A stretch of 64,000 bases of DNA from Macrostomum lignano (taxonomy: Eukaryota). Shown here piece by piece: positions 34,201-46,200 of this stretch. The notes below the pieces were generated by a model. It saw only the letters and a program-made list of their open reading frames with translations. It ran no database searches and had not been told where the DNA came from. The stretch is from NCBI GenBank assembly GCA_002269645.1, contig NIVC01000648.1, forward strand, positions 73,829 to 137,828, read 5' to 3'. How positions within the stretch are numbered: position 1 is the stretch's first letter; every line of letters begins with the position of its first letter. The position numbers were made by a program, and so were the translations under genes.

Positions 34201-37200
34201 CATTCGCGCCAGGACTCTCGCTCCTGTTTTCCTAAAAGGACTCGAGAGCCAGCAGGTTTTCGAGGGCCAACCTGTTCACTTCGTTGTGAAGGTCGGGGGT
34301 GACGATTCAACACGAGTGTCTTGGTACCGAGACGGCAGCAAAATTGAGAGTTCACCAGACTTCACAATCGAGCAGATAGGCGACCTTCACACGCTGAAGA
34401 TTCCGGAGTGCTTCACTGAAGACAGCGGCCGTTACACAGTGACGGCAACTAATGAAAGCGGAGAGGTTGTGTCATCGGCCACTCTCACTGTTAAGGAAGT
34501 GACGGGAACTGCCGAGGGACCTCCCGTAACAAAGCGAAAGAAAACTACCGGACTAGAATACCAGTATCAAACCGACCATCCACAGTATCCTGTCGCACCA
34601 AAGGTGGCCGAGGAGTCTGTTTCGATAGCCACTATCCAACCAGCAGCTCAGCGACCCCAACAGCTGCCACCGAGATTCACGCAACGTCTTATGCCGGCCT
34701 ATTCGGCTAATGAGGGTGACAAGCTTACCCTTAATGTTCAATTCGAGGGCAAGCCTGCACCATCTGTGAGTTGGTTCAAGAATGGAGCTGCAATTTTAGA
34801 ATCATCTGACTACACCGTTGTTACCAGCGAGTTCGAATCTCGACTAACAATTCCGGAAGTCTTCCCGAAGACTCGGGCAGCTATGCGTGCTCAGTTGAAA
34901 ACCCTGCTGGCAGCGATGCTTGCGAGTCTAGCTTAGCTGTTCAGCCAAAGCCGCCTTCACAGGAGCCGCCGACTTTTGTGCGACCTCTTCGTCCAGCGCA
35001 CCTGCATACTGGAGAGCGGGCAAATTTCCAGGTAGAATTTACTGGCAAGCCAAGACCAAGCGTCGAGTGGTACCTTAGCGGCCGTCAGTTACACAACTCC
35101 CCGGCCTGTCAAATTGGCGTTGTTGGACAGAAATCGACACTTGAGATACCCAGAATCGACGAGTCATTTGCTGGGTTGCTGGAGTGCATTTTGCATAATC
35201 CGGCGGGTTCACGGTCTACTGAAGCCCCAATCACCGTTGAGCCCTCAGAGATTCCAGCTAAGTTTACACAGCGCCTGGCTCCTGAATACAGCAAGCTAGA
35301 AGGTGACAGCCTGCGCATGACAGTTCGCTTTACTGGCGATCCAGCACCTTCGATTTCCTGGTTCAAGGATGGCCAGCCCCTGGAGAGCTCACCGGACATT
35401 CAGGTGCAAATTGGCCGGGGAGAGTCGAGCATTTTCATTCCCGAAGCTTTCGCCGAGGATTCTGGAGAGTTCTCCTGCACAGTGGAGAACTCCACTGGAC
35501 GGGAGACTTGCGTGGCCGAGCTGAACGTGCTCGATGCGGCCAGGCCAGACGAGACTGCACCCGCTGAGGAGCAGCCCAGGTTCACTAAGAAGCTTTTCCC
35601 GATCAGTGTAGACGAAGGCCAAAGAGCTGTCTTCGAGGTTACAGTCGCGGGCAATCCGGCACCAACTGTCGCCTGGTACAAGGATGGAGTCCGCGTCAGC
35701 AGTTCAAGCGACGCCGATGGTCGACGCATTCAAGTTAGTCAAACAGGCGGCACTGCTACCCTAGTCATCAGCTCGGCTGTGGAGTCAGATAGCGGCGTAG
35801 TTGCCTGCGTAGCTGAGAATCCTCTTGGCCGGGAGACTACCGATGTATCGCTGCGTGTAAACCCTGCAATGCGCCCACCGAGATTCCTTGGCGGCCTCGA
35901 GCCTCAACTGTCCGCCAACACCGGCGAGGACGTTGTTCTTAGCGTTCGCTTCGACGGCCGGCCAGTGCCGCGCGTTACCTGGCTGCGAAATGGTGCACCG
36001 ATTCCGGAAGGCCCACACGCTCGCATGGAGGAGTTCGGCAATCAAGCGACAATCATGCTGACTGCATGCCAGCCTGAGCAGAGCGGTCTCATTGCCTGCG
36101 TTCTGCACAATCCTGCCGGTACCGAACGCTGCGAGTCCCTTCTAACTGTTAAACCTAAGCAGGTGGTTCCGACTTTCAAGCGGCGTCTGCAGCCAGTCAG
36201 CGTCAAGGAGGGCGAAAAAGCCATTTTTATCGTAGAGGTCGCGGGCGAGCCAAAACCTGAAGTGCTTTGGAAGCGCGAGAACCTGCCGATAGAAAGCTCT
36301 ACAGATTTTCAAATAGCCGCTGTTGGCACTGTGCACTCGCTGACTATACCGGAGTGCTTCCCAGAGGACGCTGGACTGTTTGCCTGCCAAATCAAGAATG
36401 CCGCGGGATCCGACTCCTGCACTGCGCATCTAACTGTCGAACCAAAACGTATGTATCAGATGTTTATTGTTTTTCTGTCATTCACTGTAACACTCTACAG
36501 TAATGCATCTAGTTTTTGCTATCTCTCAAATTACTTCAGCCGAGATGAAACAACAGAAGCCGCAACTGCTGAAGCCTCCGCGGAATGTCACTGTCGACGA
36601 AGGCCAACCGGCAGCTTTCGTTGCCGAGTTCAGCGGCACGCCAGAGCCGCAGGCCGTCTGGCTTCGAGAGGGCGCGCCAATTGAGGCGTCGCCAGATTTT
36701 TTGATTGAAGCGCCTCGACCCGGCTGCAGCGTGTTGCGCATCCCAGAGTGCTTCTCTGAAGACGCCGGAGCCTTCCAGCTGGCCCTGCAGAATAGCGAGG
36801 GCCGAACAGTGTGCGATGTGACGCTTACCGTACTAGCCAAAGGTGAGACTTTAGCTGTCAAAGCGTGGAATTTTTCGGCTTTTGTGTGTCTTAAATAGTA
36901 TCCTGAATATACCCCCGCTTCTCCTTGCCGTCCACGATTTGCAGCTCCAACACCACCGCCGGCGCCGCCTCCACCACCGCCACCGCCGCAGCAGCCGATT
37001 CTGCCAGCCGGCGCGGCTAAGCCGCAGTTCGAGCGACCCGCCCGCAATGCGTGCTTGATGGAAGGCCAGCCGACGCAGCTGGACGCCCGCGTCTTCGGCC
37101 GGCCGGCGCCGAGTGTGCGCTGGTTGAAGAACGGTCACCCGGTGCGTGACAGCTCCCGAGTTCAGAGCAGCTACAATGCTGACACTGGGGAAGCCGTAAT

Positions 37201-40200
37201 CTACATCTCAATGTGCCTGCCGGAGGATGCTGGAACCTACGCCTGTCAGGCAATCAATCCCGCCGGCACTGAATCTTGCACCGCCCAGCTGCTGGAGCCC
37301 GCCTCCTATCATGCCTGGCTGCAGACCGAGCAGGCGCGACAGGCCAAGGAGGCGGAAGTGGCCCAGAAGAGGTCGCTAGTGAGTGAACTTGAGTCCAGGT
37401 TTACTGCGCCACCAGCGGCCAGGCGCCGCTCCAGCCAGGCGAGCGCTGACGAGCCCGACACAGGCGCCGTGTCTGCGCCGTTCAATCTGAGCAGCTTCGA
37501 GCGCTCCCTGCTGTCCGGGCCAGCTTGGACCGATGATCAAGATCAGCAACTGCGACCTTCGGCTCGAATGGTGAAGCCAACATTTGTTGAACGCTTGCTA
37601 GACCAGCGGCTGAAGGAGAACACTGAGACTGTGTTCTACTGCCGAGTTTGGGGCGACCCGATGCCCCGGGTCAAGTGGTTCTGGAACGGCAAGGTTGTCA
37701 AACGCAACGAGCACGTCTGGTTTGGCCTAGACGAATACGGTATTGCTCAGCTGCGCATCCAGAGCACAAGACATCAAGACCGCGGCTTCTACACCGCCTG
37801 CGCCTACAATCCCGTCGGCAGAGACGTCAGCTCCGCTCAATTGTCCGTCGAGACCACTGGCGAGATCGTTTTGGATAGCTATGTCAGCGAAGATACGCTG
37901 AAGGAACTGGCCCGCCTTCGCCGAGAAAAGAAGAAGGACTATGGAGAGTCTGGCATTGACGAAAAGCTCTACCGGCCGCACTTCAAGTCGGTCCCCTCCG
38001 ACTGCGAAGCCCGAGAAGGCGCAGTTCTCCGTCTGGACTCAATCGTAAGCGGTCGGCCCATCCCGGAGATGCTCTGGTTCCGCGACTCTGTCAAGGTCAA
38101 CGAGGATGACCTGCACAAAATAGTGATTAACGAAGAAGGCATTCACTCGCTGATATTCAACAGTCTGGTAGCGGCAGACTCCGGTGAGTACCTGTGCATC
38201 GCTCGCAACCGGGCTGGCGAGGACCGGTTCCAGGTATGCGTCAACGTCAAGCCGCGAGAGCACGCCAGTGTGCCGCGATTTGTCCAGAAAATCTCTACGC
38301 TAACGGTTAACGAAGGCGAACCAGTTGAGTTCCACTGCGCTGTTGAAGGGGCGCCTCAGCCGTTGCTGTCCTGGCAAAAAGACGGCCGTATGATCAATCC
38401 GGAGCAGTGCGAGCGCTACCAGATCGCCGTGGTTGGCCTGACCACCTCATTGACTATTCCGATTGTCGAGCTGTCCGACGCGGCCTGGTTCCAGTGCACC
38501 GCGGCCAACATCGCGGGTACAGCGTGCTCCCGGGCCAAGCTGAACGTGCTGCCGGTGCTGAAGGCGCCGGAGCCCGAGCGCAAACTGGTGATCACCAAGG
38601 CCAGCAGTACGCCCCGCCGCCCGGAGCCGGAGCAGCAGCCCGAATGGATCTCCACAAGGCGCATTGACGCGTAAGTAGCTTGCATCCAGGTACTTCTGAG
38701 GGACAGAGTACCTCGGCATTGAAACGCCAACGGTATTAAATCCTCAAACTAATACATTTACACAAACAACCAACAGTACAATGGAGTCGCAGCCGCCGGC
38801 GGAGACAGAGAACTACGCCCCGACATTCACGAAGAAGCCGGCCCAGATCAAGGTTGCTCAGGGCGGCACGGCGAAGTTCATGACCCGAGTGGCTGGCAAC
38901 CCGATGCCCGAAGTCACCTGGATTCTGAATGGAAATCAAATAGAGACGGTGAGTGAGCTTGCAGAGTTTTATTTGGAGATTCAAGTCGAAACTCATTAGC
39001 TACTTTGAGTAGCCATCGGAAAATTAAAGTAAATCGTGCAATTTTTTTTATCAAACCTTTCAAAAAATCTACCGGTGTCCCACATATAATGATAATAATA
39101 AACTCAGGAGGGCTTTGGGGCACCCTGGCGCTACGACTTCAGCGACATCGTACAACAGTCCCAGCGCTGAGGCAATTCTGCCCATTCCGCTGACTTCTGA
39201 GCACATTCAATAATGTACGCAGGCACGCACTCATACACAGGCTCATGCAGGGTTTACAGCAGCCCTTTGAATTTCTAATGTACACTCTCCGAGCCTTGGG
39301 GGTTGGCCCTTCGTGTGTATGAATCGCGCAAAATCCCCGCCCGACGCACGACGGAATCGAACCAAGGGTCGTGGTGCAAGAGTCAGACGCGTTTTCCTCT
39401 GCTCTGCCCCCACTGGAGACCCCACAAGTAGGAAGCGATGTTCCGGCGAAATTTCTTTCCTTGGATCCTACTGCGAAATCGGTTTCAAGAGAACAAAACA
39501 GTACATGTACATCGAGTGTCGCTGGTCTCCATCGATTGATAGATTCTAAATGAAATAATGGTCGATTTGGAGCTTAAAATCACTATTTGCGGTTGCAATA
39601 GCTTACCAATTTTGTCACCAAATCGCATTGCAGACAAGTCGATTCCGAGTGTGGTTCGATGGCATGATGCACAACCTGGAGGTGTCTCGGGCCGAGCCCG
39701 AAGATACGGGCGTTGTTGAAGTGGTCGCTATCAACGATCTAGGCGAAGTCAGGTGCTCGACCGCGCTCACGGTGGAGCCAGCAGCTGATTGGAGATCTCA
39801 GCTTAAGCCGCTGCAGGGTAAGCTGCTTGCAACTGGCTTTATTATGCTTCTCACGTCTCTTTCGCCATCTCAACTCTTCTCTCTCACTTCTCACCTTTCC
39901 CATCTCAAATCTAATATCTTATTTCTCCGATCTCACTTGTCCAATCTCATTTTTCAACCTCATTTCTACAATCTCACCTCTCCAATCTCACCTCTTCAAT
40001 CTCATCTCTTCAATCTCACCTCTACAGTTTCCCCTCTCCAATCTCACTTCTCTAGTCTAATCTCATCTCTCCAATCTCACCTATCTAATCTCACCTCTTC
40101 TACCACACATTTACCGTTTCACCTCTGTAATCTTTCTGCTCCAAGCCCTCAAAGTCTACCAAATGGTATAACATCTCAAATCTCGTATTTTAATCCAAAG

Positions 40201-43200
40201 AGGATGTGAACTTAAGCGCAATTTGGAAGCCGTGAGTCCAGCAACCCAACCGCTGCGAAATTCTCACTATTCAGACCCAAAATAGACAAGAAAAGCGTAG
40301 TTGATCTTTCTTCCACCCCGGCCGCTTCCGCATAGGACAAATGGGGAAAATGGGGATTTCATGTGAACTTAAGGCTCTGAAATGGAAGCGGTGGCCGATT
40401 GAGCCGGTTTCTCTATCGGATCTCTCTACTGGACCGACAATGAGAGAAGAATCGTCGAAAACCGCATCTCTCTATCATTTGGGCTCCCTGAATGGGATAA
40501 ATGGGGAAAAATGGGGATTTCATGTGAACTTCCATTCAGGGAGACCAAATGATAGAGAGATGCGGTTTTCGACGATTCTTCTCTCATTGTCGGTCCAGTA
40601 GAGAGATCCGATAGAGAAACCGGCTCAATCGGCCACCGCTTCCATTTCAGAGCCTTAAGTTCACATGAAATCCCGATTTTTCCCCATTTGTCCTATGCGG
40701 AAGCGGCCGGGGTGGAAGAAAGATCAACTACGCTTTTCTTGTCTATTTTGGGTCTGAATAGTGAGAATTTCGCAGCGGTTGGGTTGCTGGACTCACGGCT
40801 TCCAAATTGCGCTTAAGTTCACATCCTCTTTATTTGTCCATCTATACTCATACATTTGCCACATAATAAGCAGGTCAATACTAAGCCAAAAATTGGTCAG
40901 TGCAGAAAGCTACATTCGCCCCCGGGTATTAGGGGATTCCCCGGGGATTCGTTACCACCCAAAAAGGCAGATACTCTTCAACAGCCCTAAAAAGCAGTTT
41001 TACCAAAGAATGAGCAGTGGAAGAGGAAAATATTGTTTAGGGCTCAGTTTACTGCGGCCTTTTTGCTGCCACACCCAGTCGGCGCTTGTCTTTTCCTCGT
41101 CTCGGCACTGCACTGTCTCTGCGATATCGAGACACGAAGAGAGAGAGAGAGAGAGAGAGAGAGCCCTCAGCATCTCAATCTGCATCGCTCTGGCCAAGAT
41201 ATTGGGCGTGGTCTAAGCGCCAGTGAGAGAGAGAGAGAGGTCAGGGTGGCATCTCTCTGCGATTGAGTCATTTATCCTACCTATCAGTCTCTGATTTTCT
41301 GCCTCTTATGTTCTACCTGTCCACCTTCTTACTCTCCACCTCTCCACCTGTCCATCAATTTTTACTTTCCACTTGTCCATCAATTCTTACTCTCTACCTG
41401 TCCATCAGTTCTTACTCTCTACCTGTCCATCAATTCTTACTCTCTACCTGTCCATCAGTTCTTACTCTCTACCTGTCCATCTTCTTACTCTCTACCTGTC
41501 CATCTTCTTACTCTCTACCTGTCCATCTTCTTACTCTCTACCTGTCCATCTTCTTACTCTCTACCTGTCCATCTTCTTACTCTCTACCTGTCCATCTTCT
41601 TACTCTCCACCTGTCCATCAATTCTTACTCTCTACCTGTCCATCTTCTTTCTCTCTACCTGTCCATCTTCTTACTCTCTACCTGTCCATCTTCTTACTCT
41701 CTACCTGTCCATCTTCTTACTCTCTACCTGTCCATCTTCTTACTCTCTACCTGTCCATCTTCTTACTCTCCACCTGTCCATCAATTCTTTCTCTCTACCT
41801 GTCCATCTTCTTACTCTCTACCTGTCCATCTTCTTACTCTCTACCTGTCCATCTTCTTACTCTCTACCTGTCCATCTTCTTACTCTCTACCTGTCCAACT
41901 TCTCACTCTCTACCCGTCCGTCTTCTTTGTCCCTTTTTATGATTAACTTCCAACTTGTTGACATGCCCTAAATTTCTTCCCAGCTAAGCTGCAACATCCT
42001 CAAAGTCTATATTCCCAGTTCCAATTTCTGCTTTGTTTATCACCTCCACAGCTGTCCAGGCATTCTGGTCTTATTTCTTGAATATCCCACGCAGTCCAAC
42101 TACGTCCTGTTTTAGCAATTAGCTATCCGTCTGGACTGCTTTACCTGCTGTTAGGCCCTCTCCCTTATCCCTTATCCTTCCATGGAAATTCTCGTGGGGA
42201 TTTTACTCGCGCCAGCTATTACGAGACGTTGGGAGTTAAATTTGACAGAATTGACAGTTTAGCAACATCACCATGCTCTTGTTTCTTATAAAATATTTAT
42301 GCTTTTTGGAATACTGTAAGCTAAGATGAGCCCTCAGATTCGTTCTATAAGATTCTTTGTACCATATAATAGATACACATAACTTTTTTTAACAGTCAGC
42401 AAAAGTAACAGCATTGAGATGCAATACCCCACTGCAGTTAAGGAGGCATAACTTTTGATAAGTTCGTGGTATTTAGAAAATTCTTTCACTGTGTCATTTT
42501 TAAGTAAAGCCGCTATGAAATAAATTGGCGGCTGTTACTCTTTCTGACTATTAAAAAGTCCCCTCGAGGGACACCCCTCGTATTTTGACAAGAAAGCAGA
42601 CATTGCATTGATTATACGATTTCCAATTTATTTGTGTAAATAAAGTTGTTAGAATACTCGTACAAGTACCAGATGAATACCGCACAAAAACGCACAATAT
42701 GTACCGCCAGACTACATCCGGGTAAGCCCTGTTCTGTGACACGCAGGGGTGCTAAAGAATCTGTTCTCCCAATACGGTGCAGTTGTGGTCATTTTTTGGT
42801 AATGTCGGCCGCTGAACCTGGGGACCGGTGTTCAATCAAGCGACCGACGCATTGACGCCTTCATCATCAGCAGCCTCCGGCGACGCCGCGGCAATCCCAG
42901 CGATGGTGTTTCTAGTGGCATCTTTCCTGACTCCGGCCTGCTGTCTGGGATCTGCTGCTGCTGTCCAGAGGGCGTCGTGCCTGCCTCCGGCCAGGTGCAG
43001 CCTCTGGCAGGCCCGGTAGGCCAGGCTGCAGGCGGGGTAGCAGCACAGGCAGGGCACAAACAAGGCCAGCAGGCAAACGCAGCTCCAGGCCTTCAGCCGG
43101 TCCAGCAGACTCGACCGGGCGTCACCGTCGTTTTCGTCGTCTTCTTCGTCGTAGTCGTCGGCTTCGTTGCCGTTGACTCCCGCGTCGGCGGCGTGACCGA

Positions 43201-46200
43201 CTTTGCCGTGGTTGTCATCCTCGCCGCAGCTGTTGGCCTCCGAGTCGCCTTGCCGGGCCGACCTGCCGCGACCAACCAGCAACTGGCAGGGGTTGATGTA
43301 GTCACCCTCGCTGTCCGCGCAGCAGTGGTAGGACACCCCGTCGGCCAGCGTCAGGCAGGTCAGGCGCTCGATGCAGACCCTGAGCCGGTCGGGCGCCTCC
43401 GGACAGGCACCTTTCAGGTTGCGCCGATCGTCGTAGAGGCGCAGGCAGTAGCGACACACCTGCTGGTGAATGCGGCCAGCTCGGCTGGAGGAGCCTGCGG
43501 CGGCGGCAGCGGTGCTTGCTGACGCGCCGTTGCGCAGAGCGTCCTGGCGAACCAGCGGCACGGTGTTTCGACGCATCGAAATCCTGTTGGAGTCGCTGCG
43601 CACGAGATTGCTGCTGTTGCTGCTTGGCTGCTCCTCCGGGTGCTGCTGCTGCTGTTGCTGGCCCAGAAGGTGCGGATCAATGTCTGCCGAGGTCAGCGAG
43701 GTCACAGACGTCAAAGCCGCCATTGCAGCCGCTTCCGGAGCAGTTGCCATTATTGCTACTAGAAGGAGAAGCGTGGAATTGGGGTGTTGATCGGTTCTAC
43801 AAAGAGGCAATAAATTTGTTGGCATTGCTTATGAAGCTTCTGGTGGTGTTGAAAAAGCTTCCAAATCCCCTTAGCTCAATTCCATACTTTTACCGTAATC
43901 TCAGCACCCCTCGTCCCAAGTTTTCATCCGCAAATAACCGCAGCAGCTGAAGTCCTCTCGATAAGTCCTCTCGCGCCTTTACTTCAAAGTAACCTACCTA
44001 CATGTATAGTTAGTCGCAAAGAGACCCACAAGCCGGAATATGAAAATTGAATAGTCCCAGTGGCCCCATAGCCCCCTTCCCGTTCACCTCTTTCACCTTT
44101 CTTGCTAGCTTTCTACGTGCCTCGCAACTGTTTCGCATAGCTTAGCTACTAGGCCTCTTTTGGAACTCGCTTATCTTGCCATTGCTTATCCCAAGTAGCT
44201 GGGCGAAGGAATTCCCTCTTTCACCTAACTGCTGGGACTTTGACAGGTGCTGTTTATCGCTCACTCACCTGCTCACTCTCCCTGTCACTCGTTGCAAAAA
44301 AGACAACTTATAGTGCGCTTATTTCTACTTTAGTCCCCGACCCAGAGCCGCGAACCCAACTCTGAACCAGTCCGACGACTGACGCTTTCCCGAACTAGTA
44401 GTACTTTTCACTGGGGCATGAGCTAAGCTAGACAAGTTTTCTTCCATGGCCCGAACAAAGTTCAATTGAAAACTGCTTACACGTGTACAAAATCGGAATT
44501 GGCTGTAGCTATTGATTTGATTCTTCTGTGTGCCTTTCTCCCGATTGTGTTTGCACAGTTCAGCTTTCTTCTTCTTCTGTTCCTGTTTCTTCCGTTGCTG
44601 GTGGGATGATGCAACTGCTAGGGTTAACTTGCGCGATTCTGCTTCCCAGCACATCGTCCGTCTTTTAATTCCTCTCGGCAAGCACTCCCCCCCCTCCTAC
44701 TGGCACCCATTATTTTTCAGTCCCGCCTGCAACCCTCGCAGTTTCTTCATTAACGAGTTCTCTTCTCTGGTTGGCTTAGGCTCCTTTAGCAACGTAGATG
44801 GCCGGGGAGAGAGAGAGAGAAAGGGAGCGGGGAGGGCAAAACAGATGGGGCGAGGTCCGCCCGCCCTCTTCCCTATCAGGGCTCGGTGTACGCAGGCTGA
44901 TGAGGAGGCGGAGCCTGTCCAGCTTCATCAAGCTGGGATGTATCGCCACCAACGCATTGTTCGACTGCTCATGCAATAGATACGACTCCTAGTTATAGAT
45001 TTTTCAAACTTACATTACGAGACTAAGCCCAAATAACCTGGTTTCGATTACGATACCGGCTACGTTAATTAATGACCGATTTGCACTGCAAACATTGTGA
45101 ACTCATGACTGGTCCTCTGTACCTGAGGACGGTGCCTGCGCAGTTGTTGCTTAATTTCTTCAGAGGAGCGATCGGCAAACTTTCTTACCTCAAGGGCCAG
45201 ACAAAGAATCCAGCGCAAGGCTGAGGGCCAGAAGAGAGAGGAAAGAATGGGGAAAAGAAAATGAGAGATTAGAGAAAAGAGGAGAAGTGAGGGATGGGAT
45301 GGGATGAGAGAAAAGATAGAAGATATGAGGAAGAGAGGTGAGAGAAGAGAGAAGAGAGGAGAGAGGAGAGGGAGAAAGGGTGGATGAGAAAGGAGTGAGG
45401 ATAGGGAAGAAGAGGAGAGAGGAGAGAGGAGAGAGGAGAGAGGAGAGAGGAGAGAGGAGAGAGAGAGAGAGAGAGAGAGAGGAGAAAGGAGAGAGGAGAG
45501 AGGAGAAAGGAGAGAGGAGAGAGGAGAGAGGAGAGAGGAGAGAGGAGAGAGGAGAAAGGAGAGAGGAGAAAGGAGAGAGGAGAGAGGAGAGAGGAGAGAG
45601 GAGAGAGGAGAGAGGAGAGAGGAGAGAGGAGAGAGGAGAGAGGAGAAAGGAGAGACGAGAGAGGAGAGAGGAGTGAAGGGAGAAGAGAACGGAGAGAGAG
45701 AGAGCTAAGAAGAGACACAAACCTTGAGGCGGGCCGGATTGCTATTGCGAAGTTCCAAAGGACCCGAGGGCCGGATAGAGAGGCTTCGCTGGTCGCATTT
45801 TGCCCTCGGGCCGGAGTTTGCCGATCCCCGTGGTCTTGGTGTTTCTAATAACACATAGTTCGTAACAACTAAAGAAAAGTATATTTTCCTCAGTTACGAC
45901 ACATTTAGAACAGGTATCTTAGATTAGAGCCGGTAGCTATGCCATCTCCCGGATTTTTTAAATCGCGTTGACACGAAAACCGTCATTCACACGGCATCAA
46001 AACTGTTAATTGCAGCATTCAGACGGTCCGCCGCGGAGGAGCTTCTCCCGGAGGCCGAGCCGCGCGACGGTGCCGGTAGGGCGCCAATTTTCAGTCGGCT
46101 GCTTCAGCCAGTTCGGGTGCACGAGCTGCAGCCGGTCAGGTGAGTGGGCAGCTGCCATCTGGTTTTGCCTTCTGCTGTGTATGCTGCTATTGATTTTTAT

